Part shown: positions 8,415-17,079 of the stretch, piece after piece | Position numbering within the stretch: position 1 is the stretch's first letter | Layout of the letters: each line of letters opens with the position of its first letter | Assembly: GCA_037138355.1 (NCBI GenBank) | Contig: JBAXIL010000036.1 | Coordinates: 1 to 18,294, forward strand | Direction: 5' to 3' | DNA: 18,294 bases | From: a bacterium | GTDB taxonomy: Bacteria > Oederibacteriota > PGYV01 > Palsa-1178 | Notes under the pieces: model-generated | Seen by the model: the letters and a program-made list of their open reading frames with translations, nothing else | Databases searched by the model: none | What the model was told of the DNA's origin: nothing | Made by a program: the position numbers and the translations under genes

Positions 8415-9482
8415 TTACTTTTTAGGTTTTATTAATTTCTTCAATTCTTTTTCAAATTCTTTCAGTAAGTTTTTCTTTGGAACTCTTTTTATTATTTCTC
8501 CGCCCTTAAATATTAAACCTATTCCCCGTCCTCCTGAAACACCTAAATCAGCTTCTTTTGCTTCTCCAGGACCATTTACAGAACATCCCATAACTGCTAT
8601 TTTTAAGGGCTTTTTTATGTTTTTAGTCATTTTTTCTACTTCTTTAGCAAGTTTTATCACATTTATTTCTGTTCTTGCACAGGTCGGACAAGAGATTAGC
8701 TCTACTCCTACTCTACGAAGTCCGAGGGTACTTAATATTTTATATGCTGCATATATTTCTTCTTCAGGGTCTGCTGTTAAAGAAACCCTCATAGTATCTC
8801 CCAAACCTTCATTTAATAATATACCCAATCCCACTGAAGATTTTATAGTTCCAGATAAAGAGGTTCCTGCCTCTGTAATACCTATGTGTAAAGGATAATC
8901 CCTAAGTTTATTAAATAATCTATAAGCAGCTAAGGTCTCAGGAACATCATGAGCCTTAAGTGAAACAACTATATTTTTAAAATCATTTTTTTCAAAAAAC
9001 TCTACATGTTCCATAAGACTTGAAACCATTTTATCTACTTTTTCAATTCCACTACTAACAGTCATATGATAAGTTGCGTTTGTTTTAAGTGATCCAGCAT
9101 TTACACCTATGCGTATAGCTGCCTTGTGTTCTTTTGCAGCATCTATAATTGCTTTTACTTTTTCCTGTGAACCTATATTGCCTGGATTAATTCTTATCTT
9201 ATCTGCCCCACTCTTAAATGATGCTATAGCCAACTTATAATCATAATGAATATCAGCCACAAGCGGTATTTTTATTTTTGATTTTATCTTATCCAAAGCT
9301 AAAGCCGATTCCATATCAGGAACACCACAGCGTATTATTTCACAACCCAAATCAGTCAAACGCTTTATTTGTTCTATAGTAGCTTTAACATCTTTTGTTT
9401 TGGTATTGCACATGGACTGCACCGCAACAGGAGCCCCTCCACCTATAATAATACTTCCTATTTTTACTGATCTTGTTTTCAT
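8415..9482 (-). CDS. ispG: (E)-4-hydroxy-3-methylbut-2-enyl-diphosphate synthase
   Basis: VQSM, PLVADIHY, RINPGNIG, IRIGVNAGSL, YPLHIGITEAG, SCPTCAR and AVMGCSVNGPGEA (Fe-S Cys) motifs. RBS AAGGAG. Confidence 0.99.
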   Translation of the reverse strand: MKTRSVKIGSIIIGGGAPVAVQSMCNTKTKDVKATIEQIKRLTDLGCEIIRCGVPDMESALALDKIKSKIKIPLVADIHYDYKLAIASFKSGADKIRINPGNIGSQEKVKAIIDAAKEHKAAIRIGVNAGSLKTNATYHMTVSSGIEKVDKMVSSLMEHVEFFEKNDFKNIVVSLKAHDVPETLAAYRLFNKLRDYPLHIGITEAGTSLSGTIKSSVGLGILLNEGLGDTMRVSLTADPEEEIYAAYKILSTLGLRRVGVELISCPTCARTEINVIKLAKEVEKMTKNIKKPLKIAVMGCSVNGPGEAKEADLGVSGGRGIGLIFKGGEIIKRVPKKNLLKEFEKELKKLIKPKK

Positions 9483-9499
9483 GCTTCTCCTTATAAAAA

Positions 9500-9685
9500 C
9501 TCAAGAGTATCAAAAATCTCAATAGACTCAATAATCTCAATAGTCTTGAGACCGCTTTTTCTGTTTCTGTTTCTGTTCCTGTATTTTCTATTGAGATTTC
9601 TGAGACCACTGAGACTATTGAGACTTCTTTTCTTTTTCTGAGACTTCTGAGATTACTGAGATTCTTGAGACTTCTTTTCTTTTTC
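9500..9685. repeat. Composite intergenic repeat: inverted arrays of degenerate 9-mers around a hexamer microsatellite
   Basis: Five CTCAATAGT-like 9-mers (9500-9544); (TTTCTG)x3 plus TTCCTG (9558-9581); then two 47 bp units, each with four nnnnTGAGA 9-mers plus CTTCTTTTCTT (9588-9634, 9635-9681). TTGAGACTTCTTTTCTTTTTC is exactly duplicated at 9618-9638 and 9665-9685. Confidence 0.9.
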
Positions 9686-9687
9686 CT

Positions 9688-11061
9688 CTACCCACCCTTT
9701 ACTATTCTCATTATATCGCTGTAAGTTACAAAAACAATAAGCAATATTACAAGTGCCCAACCTATTTCCATCATTAGCTGTTGTATTCTTTGTGGAACTT
9801 TTTTTCTTGTTATGCCTTCAATCAAGAAAAGAAATATCATTCCCCCATCAAAAGGAACTAATGGTAAAAGATTAAAAAGCGCCAAATTTATATTTATTAT
9901 TGCAATAAGTAAAAGTAAGTTAACAAAACCTGTTTTTGCAACCTTATATGCTATCTGCGCTACACCTATAGGCCCTGCAACATCTGGCTTTATTTTTCTG
10001 GTTATCATTTTATAAAGTGATTTTACTGTAAGTTCTGTAAAGTTCCAGGTTTGTTGTGAGGCTTTTCCAAAAGCAGTCAATGGATCATAACTTTCAATTA
10101 TTGTATTTCCCTTCGGGGCTATACCTATAAGGAAGGTTTCTGTTTTTTTCTTATCCTGATCCTCTATCATTTCTCTGCGCGGCATCATTTCAAAAACTTT
10201 TGTTTCTTTTCCTCTTATTACTTTTACACTTATGACTTTTTTTGAAGAAGCCTTAACTGCATCAGTAATATCGTCCCAGTATATTATTTTTTTACCATTT
10301 ATCTCACTTATTGTATCGCCAGCTTTTATTCCTGCCGACTGCGCTGGATAGCCATCTTTTAAACTCTCAACTACAGGAATAAAAGCAATCGGAGTAATTC
10401 CTAAAAATGGTCTTAATTTTTTTTCTTGCAAGATATCTTCACTTTCTTCCATAACTGGTTTTATTGCAAAATTCATTTCCTTTCCATTTCTTAGAGCAAC
10501 AACATTTACAACTTCACCTTTTGTTTTTAATATAGCATCTGTTATCTGACTCCAATATTTTATTTTTTCATTATTTATTTTTACTATTTCATCGCCTCTA
10601 AGCAGTCCAGACTGATAAGCAGGATAACCTTTTTTCACCTCATCTATTACAGGTTTTAAAACCTCGCTACCAGCTAAGAACACAATCCACATAAGAAATA
10701 AGGCAAAAATAGCATTTTGAACCACACCTGCAACTGATATTAGTATTTTTTTCCATGCTGGTTGATTTAAAAATCCACCTTCTCCTGCTGCTGCCGCTTC
10801 TTCCGGTGCTTCTCCCGCCATTTTCACATAACCACCAAGAAAAACAAATAGTGCAATAATATATTCAGTATCTTTATGCTTAAAGGAAACAATTTTAGGA
10901 CCCCAACCTATGGCAAATTTTTCAACTTTGACTCCAAGCCTTTTGGCAGTCAAAAAATGTCCTAACTCGTGTACAAAAATTGTGAGTCCAATTGTTACAA
11001 GTATTTCTATGACAATAACTAAAAAATCAGTTATTGCCCCAAGTTTTTCAAAATCAAACAT
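9688..11061 (-). CDS. rseP: RIP metalloprotease RseP (M50) with two PDZ domains
   Basis: HELGH zinc motif, GGYVKMAGE, two PDZ repeats (GYPAYQSGLLRGDEI, GYPAQSAGIKAGDTI), AGPIG and NLLPLVPFDGG. Located between dxr and ispG. Confidence 0.97.
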   Translation of the reverse strand: MFDFEKLGAITDFLVIVIEILVTIGLTIFVHELGHFLTAKRLGVKVEKFAIGWGPKIVSFKHKDTEYIIALFVFLGGYVKMAGEAPEEAAAAGEGGFLNQPAWKKILISVAGVVQNAIFALFLMWIVFLAGSEVLKPVIDEVKKGYPAYQSGLLRGDEIVKINNEKIKYWSQITDAILKTKGEVVNVVALRNGKEMNFAIKPVMEESEDILQEKKLRPFLGITPIAFIPVVESLKDGYPAQSAGIKAGDTISEINGKKIIYWDDITDAVKASSKKVISVKVIRGKETKVFEMMPRREMIEDQDKKKTETFLIGIAPKGNTIIESYDPLTAFGKASQQTWNFTELTVKSLYKMITRKIKPDVAGPIGVAQIAYKVAKTGFVNLLLLIAIININLALFNLLPLVPFDGGMIFLFLIEGITRKKVPQRIQQLMMEIGWALVILLIVFVTYSDIMRIVKGG

Positions 11062-12202
11062 TTATCATCTCCTCGACTTCAGTTCTTGCCTTAAAATCAG
11101 CACACAGAATCTGGTCTATTCCCGGTTTTACAATCACTTTGTGTTTTCTCATGGCCTCAGCTACATAATAAGCTATTTTATCAAATTTTATCTTTTTGTT
11201 AAGAAAATTATTTACTGCTACTTCATTTGCCGCATTCATAACAGCTGGCATAGTGCCACCTGTTTTTCCTGCTGACAAAGCCAGATTAAAACATGGGAAC
11301 TTTTTGAAATTTACTTTAAAAAATTCCAACTTTGCTATTTCAGAAAAGCTCATGGCTTTTATCACTCCTGCCCTGCGGGAAGGATATGTTAAAGCATATA
11401 GTATAGGCAATCTCATATCAGGATGCGACATTTGTGCAATAATAGAACCGTCAACATATTCCACCATAGAATGAATGATTGACTGCGGGTGTATGACCAC
11501 ATCTATTTTTTCATATGGTAAACCAAATAAATAATGTGCTTCTATAACCTCTAAACCTTTATTCATAAGAGTTGATGAATCAATCGTTATTTTTTTACCC
11601 ATTTTCCATGTTGGGTGTTTCAATGCTCTTTCAGGTGTTATATTTTTTATTTCAGCTGGTGTCAAATCTTTAAGCGGTCCACCTGATGCGGTTATGATAA
11701 GCCGTTTAACATCTTTTATATCATTTCCTTTTAGACACTGAAAAATTGCACTGTGTTCAGAATCTACTGGAATTATCTCTGCGCCATATTTTTTTACTTC
11801 ATTTAAAACTATATCACCAGCCATGACTAATGATTCTTTATTTGCCATACCTATTTTTTTACCTGCCCTTGCAGCAGCCATAAGTGGAATTAATCCGATA
11901 GCTCCCACCACTGCCAGCAATACAAGGTCAGCTTCCTTGAGTGAAGCAATCTTTGTAATCCCTTCAATACCTGTTAACACAATTGTTTTTGGATTAGCAC
12001 GCTTTAAGATTTTTGCTTTATCAGGTTTAGTAATTACTGCATACTTGGGTTTATATTTTTTTACCTGTCTGGCAAGCTCTTCTACATTTTCATTTGCTGA
12101 TAAGGCCAAAACTTTATAATCAGAAAGTGTATTATCAAATAAATTAAGTGCTGATTTTCCTATAGAACCTGTAGAACCTATTATGGAAATATTTTTAGAC
12201 AT
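11054..12202 (-). CDS. dxr: 1-deoxy-D-xylulose-5-phosphate reductoisomerase
   Basis: GSTGSIG, ANKESLV, PVDSEHSAIFQ, TASGGP, HPTWKMGKKITIDS, NKGLEVIEA and NAANE motifs. Confidence 0.99.
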   Translation of the reverse strand: MSKNISIIGSTGSIGKSALNLFDNTLSDYKVLALSANENVEELARQVKKYKPKYAVITKPDKAKILKRANPKTIVLTGIEGITKIASLKEADLVLLAVVGAIGLIPLMAAARAGKKIGMANKESLVMAGDIVLNEVKKYGAEIIPVDSEHSAIFQCLKGNDIKDVKRLIITASGGPLKDLTPAEIKNITPERALKHPTWKMGKKITIDSSTLMNKGLEVIEAHYLFGLPYEKIDVVIHPQSIIHSMVEYVDGSIIAQMSHPDMRLPILYALTYPSRRAGVIKAMSFSEIAKLEFFKVNFKKFPCFNLALSAGKTGGTMPAVMNAANEVAVNNFLNKKIKFDKIAYYVAEAMRKHKVIVKPGIDQILCADFKARTEVEEMINV

Positions 12203-12292
12203 TTACACTCCAATAAAATACAAGAATGATAAAACAAAAAAAATCGCAGAATTAAACTGACTTTTTTATTATCACTTTAAATTACAATTTAT

Positions 12293-13120
12293 TTAAAATA
12301 ATTTTACTATATATGTGATGTATAAAAATAATACCGGTGCATTAAAAAGAGTTGAATCAATTTTATCTAATATTCCTCCCATTTCAGGAAGCAGATTTGA
12401 AGAATTTTTTACTCCACAAAAGCGTTTTATCACAGATGCCGCAAGATCGCCTGCCTGTCCTGTAATTGATAAAATTATTGCCATAATAATCAAGTGTAAT
12501 AAAGTGTTATGTCCAAATATATCAACAGGTAAAAAAGTATATTTAATAATTACCACAGTTATAATATTTATTATAACACCACCCACACAACCCTCGATAG
12601 ATTTTCCTGGCGATATTTCAGGAATAAGCTTATGTTTACCAAAAAACGAACCAGCAAAATATGCTCCACCATCATATACGAGAGTATAGAGGAATAATAA
12701 AAAAATAAGGTAGTAACCGTTTTCCATCAGTCTTAACTGAATGGTAAAAGATCCAAGAACTGCTATATAAATAACGGGAAAAAGTGTATTTAAAACTTTT
12801 GGAAAGTTATTAATGTCCTTTGACAATATTACCTTAGTCAATAGGAATATGATGAAGACTGCAAAAGCCAGCAAGACAAACGCCACTGGGTTTGCTATAT
12901 AATTTGGTTTTATGGAGAAAAGTAAAATTAAAAAAGTAAAGATGATACCGCTTAACTTATATGAAGGCATATTTTTTTTGTCTATCATACCATATACTTC
13001 ATTAACTGATAGCATACCCAATAATAGAACAAGTCCTATGAAAGGCGCTGAGGGAGGAAAGAAAATAAAGAAAGCAAAAGCCGGAACTAATATAAGAGAT
13101 AAGATTATTCTGGTTTTCAT
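12293..13120 (-). CDS. cdsA: Phosphatidate cytidylyltransferase
   Basis: Multi-pass membrane protein with DGGAYFAG..FGKHKL..ISPGKSIEG and GDL..S.IKR..GVKNSS..LP..GGILDKIDS. ATGA overlap with uppS. Confidence 0.95.
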   Translation of the reverse strand: MKTRIILSLILVPAFAFFIFFPPSAPFIGLVLLLGMLSVNEVYGMIDKKNMPSYKLSGIIFTFLILLFSIKPNYIANPVAFVLLAFAVFIIFLLTKVILSKDINNFPKVLNTLFPVIYIAVLGSFTIQLRLMENGYYLIFLLFLYTLVYDGGAYFAGSFFGKHKLIPEISPGKSIEGCVGGVIINIITVVIIKYTFLPVDIFGHNTLLHLIIMAIILSITGQAGDLAASVIKRFCGVKNSSNLLPEMGGILDKIDSTLFNAPVLFLYITYIVKLF

Positions 13121-13836
13121 AATGCTTTAATCCCTCCATATCTTCTGTCGCGGTTATTATATTCTTTTATCGCATTTATTAAATGTTTCTTATCAAAATC
13201 TGGCCATAACACATCCGTCACATATAATTCCGAGTAAGCTATCTGCCAAAGTAAAAAGTTGCTTAAACGCATTTCCCCACTCGTGCGTATTAATAAATCA
13301 GGGTCAGGTATATCAGCAGTAAAGAGCTTTGCAGAGATAAGTTTTTCATTTATATTACTTATTTTGATTATACCTTTTTTAACATCTTCAGCAATTAACT
13401 TCATTGCCCTTGCTATTTCCATTTTAGAACCGTAATTCAAAGCAAGCACAAGGGTCAGTCCAGTATTTTTTGAAGTGATTTTTTTTACATTATTAAGTTT
13501 TTTATATACTGCCTTGTCTAATTTTTTAGTTTCACCTATAGTCATAAGGCGAACATTATTTTTCATCAGTGTTTTGATTTCTTTATCAAGGAAGTCAGAC
13601 AGGAGTTTCATAAGAAAACCAACTTCCTGCTTTGGTCTTTTCCAGTTTTCTGTTGAAAAGGCATACAAGGTCAGATACTTAATGCCTATTTCTGCGCAGG
13701 CCGTAGTAATAGATCTTACCGAATTAGCGCCCTGCTTATGCCCAAAAATTCTCGGCATATTTCTTTTTTTTGCCCACCTGCCGTTACCGTCCATAATGAT
13801 GGCGATGTGTGAGGGGAGTTTCAAGTTTTTATCCAT
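13117..13836 (-). CDS. uppS: Undecaprenyl diphosphate synthase (isoprenyl transferase)
   Basis: HIAIIMDGNGRWA, YAFSTENWKRP and DPDLLIRTSGEMRLSNFLLWQ motifs. Confidence 0.99.
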   Translation of the reverse strand: MDKNLKLPSHIAIIMDGNGRWAKKRNMPRIFGHKQGANSVRSITTACAEIGIKYLTLYAFSTENWKRPKQEVGFLMKLLSDFLDKEIKTLMKNNVRLMTIGETKKLDKAVYKKLNNVKKITSKNTGLTLVLALNYGSKMEIARAMKLIAEDVKKGIIKISNINEKLISAKLFTADIPDPDLLIRTSGEMRLSNFLLWQIAYSELYVTDVLWPDFDKKHLINAIKEYNNRDRRYGGIKAL

Positions 13837-13876
13837 ACCTCTCCGGTAGAATGTATTTCAAGCTTTTACAATATTT

Positions 13877-14431
13877 TTATATAGTAAGTAAATCCTTTTC
13901 TTTATCTTTCACTATAACATCTATTTCTGCTATATGTTTGTCCGTAGCTTTCTGCACGCGGGCTTCTGCGTTTTTCAAATCATCTTCGGATATTTCTTTA
14001 TTCTTTTCTCTTTCTTTTGCCTTATCATTAAAATCGCGTCTTATATTTCTAAGTTCCACTTTAGATTCTTCTGCCATTTTTTTAACTTTTTTTACCATAT
14101 CTCTTCTTGTTTCTTCGTTTAAATCAGGGAACTTAACTTTTAATGAATCTCCAGTATTGACTATAGATAATCCTAAGTTTGCCGCCATTATGGCTTTTTC
14201 TATATCAAGTATGCAACCCTTATCCCATGGCTTGATATCCAGTGTCTTTGCTTCTATTATAGAAACAGATGCCACCTGATTAATAGGCATGGGATTGCCA
14301 TAATAAATAACTTTAACAGTATCAAGCACACCAGTATTTGCTCTGCCTGTCCTGATTGCTATAAGTTCCTTCTGATATGCCTCTAAACACTTTTTCATTT
14401 TTGCTTCAAGCTCGACGAAAAATTGATCCAT
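13877..14431 (-). CDS. frr: Ribosome recycling factor
   Basis: IRTGRAN, YYG, and RNIRRD motifs; 184 aa; located between pyrH and uppS. Confidence 0.98.
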   Translation of the reverse strand: MDQFFVELEAKMKKCLEAYQKELIAIRTGRANTGVLDTVKVIYYGNPMPINQVASVSIIEAKTLDIKPWDKGCILDIEKAIMAANLGLSIVNTGDSLKVKFPDLNEETRRDMVKKVKKMAEESKVELRNIRRDFNDKAKEREKNKEISEDDLKNAEARVQKATDKHIAEIDVIVKDKEKDLLTI

Positions 14432-14441
14432 GACTTTCTCC

Positions 14442-15161
14442 TTAGCGGACTATTGTCCCTATAGATTTTCCTATTACCACTTTTTTTATATTTCCTATTT
14501 CATTGAGATTGAAAATGATTAACGGTATTTTATTATCCATACATAAAGATATGGCTGCTGAATCCATAATTTTAAGATTTTTATTAAGGACATCCATATA
14601 TGTAAGTTCATCGAATTTTTTTGCTGTTTTATCGGTTTCAGGATCCCCAGTGTACACTCCTGATACTTTAGTAGCTTTTAATACTACTTCCGCTCCTATT
14701 TCTATGGCGCGTAAAGCCGCGGCTGTATCAGTGGTGAAGTAAGGATTTCCAGTGCCTCCGCCAAATATAACAACGCGGTTTTTCTGAAGGTGCCGCTGAG
14801 CTCTGCGGCGTATGTAAGGTTCTGCTATTTCCTGCATGTCTATTGCTGATAATACCCTTGTTTCAACACCCATTTGTTCTAAAGTATCCTGTAAAGCCAT
14901 AGCATTAATGATGGTAGCAAGCATTCCCATATAGTCACCGACTACACGGTCTATCTTGAAGTTTTTACCCCTGCCGCCCCTAAATATATTGCCGCCACCT
15001 ATTACCACAGCGACCGTGACGCCCATTTCGCGTACTTCTTTTATTTCTTTTGCTATTGAGTAAACTGTATCATAGTCTATCCCTGATTTCTTATCACCGG
15101 CTAATGCTTCGCCTGAAATCTTTAATAAGATTCTTTTGTACTTTGTTTTTGTCTTCGGCAT
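14442..15161 (-). CDS. pyrH: UMP kinase
   Basis: [30 protein letters not shown] and [17 protein letters not shown] motifs. Confidence 0.99.
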   Translation of the reverse strand: MPKTKTKYKRILLKISGEALAGDKKSGIDYDTVYSIAKEIKEVREMGVTVAVVIGGGNIFRGGRGKNFKIDRVVGDYMGMLATIINAMALQDTLEQMGVETRVLSAIDMQEIAEPYIRRRAQRHLQKNRVVIFGGGTGNPYFTTDTAAALRAIEIGAEVVLKATKVSGVYTGDPETDKTAKKFDELTYMDVLNKNLKIMDSAAISLCMDNKIPLIIFNLNEIGNIKKVVIGKSIGTIVR

Positions 15162-15234
15162 AGTTGCATACCCCCCAGGGTTTTTATTTTTTTTAGAGTA
15201 TTATGCTTATTGCCTTTCTTTATCTATTATTTGC

Positions 15235-15837
15235 TTATATGCTTTCGCCTAAAGCAAATCTCGTAAATCTCTTTACTACAATATTTTCGCCGATTTTACC
15301 TATGGCTTCTTTTACTACTATGTCTATAGTTTTTGTATCATCCTTAATGTATGACTGTTCCATAAGACAATTGTCCTTATAAAATTTTTCGAGTTTTCCC
15401 TCTATAATTTTTTCTACCACATTTGCTGGTTTTTTCTGATCAGCCATTTGTATTTTATAAATTTCTTTTTCTTTTGCCACTATCTCTGCTGGTACTTCTT
15501 CCCTTTTCAAATATCTCGGTGCCATTGCAGCTACCTGCATAGCAACTTCTTTGCAAAGGTCTTCAAACTCTTTAGTTCTGGCTACAAAATCGGTCTCACA
15601 GTTTATTTCCACCATGGTACCTACTTTTCCGCCGCCATGAATATAAGCATATACAAGACCTTCTTTAGCAGTGCGTGCGCCTCTTTTATCAGCTGACGCA
15701 ATTCCTCTCTGCCTTAGAACTTCCATGGCCTTTTCCATATTTCCTCCAGTTTCCTGAAGTGCCTTTAAACAATCGCCCATACCAGCGCCTGATTTTTCTC
15801 TTAAATCTTTTACCAATTCTTTGCTTATATCAGCCAT
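15235..15837 (-). CDS. tsf: Translation elongation factor Ts (short form, 200 aa)
   Basis: LREKSGAGMGDC and EINCETDFVAR signatures; directly downstream of rpsB. Confidence 0.98.
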   Translation of the reverse strand: MADISKELVKDLREKSGAGMGDCLKALQETGGNMEKAMEVLRQRGIASADKRGARTAKEGLVYAYIHGGGKVGTMVEINCETDFVARTKEFEDLCKEVAMQVAAMAPRYLKREEVPAEIVAKEKEIYKIQMADQKKPANVVEKIIEGKLEKFYKDNCLMEQSYIKDDTKTIDIVVKEAIGKIGENIVVKRFTRFALGESI

Positions 15838-15873
15838 GTTACTTCTCCTTGATATTATATAGTTAGATTAAAG

Positions 15874-16764
15874 TTATTCTGCGTCTTTTAACTTAGTTTT
15901 TCTAATTCTTTCTTTTCCTTCTTCTTCGGTTTCATCCACAAATACTTCTGCGTATTCCGCCGCATTTACAAGCTGTGCTCCTATTTTTTCTTTTTCTTCT
16001 GAAGAAGAAGCTGCTGCTGCATCTGCTGCGATTGCCGCTGCTTCAGCTTCTTGTTTTACAACCATTTCTTTTTCTTTTTCCATAGCCATTTTTTCTTCTA
16101 TAATGGTGTCCGCAATATATTTACACATTAAACGAACAGCACGGATAGCGTCATCATTTCCAGGAATTAAACAATCTATATTTTCAGGATCACAGTTTGT
16201 ATCTACAACTGCGATTACTGGAATTCCAAGCTTATTTCCTTCTTTAACAGCATTTTCTTCGCGCTTTACATCTATTACAAAAATTCCGCCAGGAAGAGTG
16301 TTCATATCTTTTAAGCCGCCGAGATTGTCCTGTAATTTTTTAAGTTCTTTTTGCATATTCATTCTTTCTTTTACCGGGTAGCGTGCGAAACCACCTGTAG
16401 CGTCCATTTCTTCGAGCTGTTTTAATCTATCTACTCTTTTACGAATAGTTTCAAAATTAGTCATTGTGCCACCGAGCCATCTTGAACAAACAAAAGGCAT
16501 ACCACAACGCATAGCTTCTTCTTTAATAGAATCCTTTGCCTGTTTTTTTGTTCCGACGAACATGACTGAGTGCCCTTTACGAATGATGTCTTTTACAAAT
16601 AGTACGGCATCCTTTGTGTGTTTGAGGGTTTTCTGAAGGTCAATGATGTAAATTCCGTTTCTTGCGGCAAAAATGTAAGGCTTCATTTTTGGATTCCATC
16701 TTTTTGTCTGATGTCCGAAATGAACCCCTGATTCAAGCAGTGCTTTCATTGAAATCTGTGGCAT
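15874..16764 (-). CDS. rpsB: 30S ribosomal protein S2
   Basis: [29 protein letters not shown] and [10 protein letters not shown] motifs. RBS GGAGGT. Confidence 0.99.
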   Translation of the reverse strand: MPQISMKALLESGVHFGHQTKRWNPKMKPYIFAARNGIYIIDLQKTLKHTKDAVLFVKDIIRKGHSVMFVGTKKQAKDSIKEEAMRCGMPFVCSRWLGGTMTNFETIRKRVDRLKQLEEMDATGGFARYPVKERMNMQKELKKLQDNLGGLKDMNTLPGGIFVIDVKREENAVKEGNKLGIPVIAVVDTNCDPENIDCLIPGNDDAIRAVRLMCKYIADTIIEEKMAMEKEKEMVVKQEAEAAAIAADAAAASSSEEKEKIGAQLVNAAEYAEVFVDETEEEGKERIRKTKLKDAE

Positions 16765-16783
16765 AATTCTACTACCTCCAATT

Positions 16784-16858
16784 GGTTTTTACCTCTGCTT
16801 CTTTCATCTCTTAGGCAACCCCAAAGGGGACCAGCCCAAAATCCAGAAAGCATGGTGT
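16784..16858 (-). ncRNA. rpsB 5' leader (t44 / ribosomal protein S2 autoregulatory leader)
   Basis: Minus strand ACACC-ATGCTTTCT...TTGGGC-TGGT-CCCCTTTGGGG-TT-GCCTAA...AGAAGCA-GAGGTAAAAACC: nested stems, a GGU bulge and a terminal GAGG-[A-rich]-ACC hairpin, as in t44-type leaders, at the expected position upstream of rpsB. Confidence 0.8.
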
Positions 16859-16874
16859 ATTTTAAAAACGCTAA

Positions 16875-16903
16875 ATCATATCAAATACAGGAACATTTAG
16901 CAA
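16875..16903 (-). promoter_or_regulatory. sigma70-type promoter of the rpsB operon
   Basis: TTGCTA (16903-16898), 17 bp, TG-extended TATGAT (16880-16875). The predicted TSS near 16868 lies just before the leader RNA. Confidence 0.7.
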
Positions 16904-17079
16904 GGTATTTTTGAACGAAATAACAAACTAAAACAGCCTTTTCACCAGAAGCTTAAACAAAATACCATATTTTTAAGGCATTTTATTTGTTTTAACAACT
17001 GTTTCATTTTATGAAATTACCAATAAATACCCATTGTTTTATGCTATTATAGGTATATTAGAATAGACATAGCTAACTA

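Noticed and set aside
9385..9609. 74 aa minus-strand ORF (…TETETEK…RLLRLLSLLRF…)
   Set aside because: It is the translation of the repeat array, overlaps ispG out of frame, and has no convincing RBS.
9500..9685. Repeat array as a CRISPR array
   Set aside because: Units are 9 bp tandem and degenerate, with no unique 25-45 bp spacers and no cas genes.
16904..17079. AT-rich spacer as a possible oriC or sRNA
   Set aside because: No DnaA-box cluster (TTATCCACA) and no stable structure seen. It is consistent with an AT-rich upstream promoter region.
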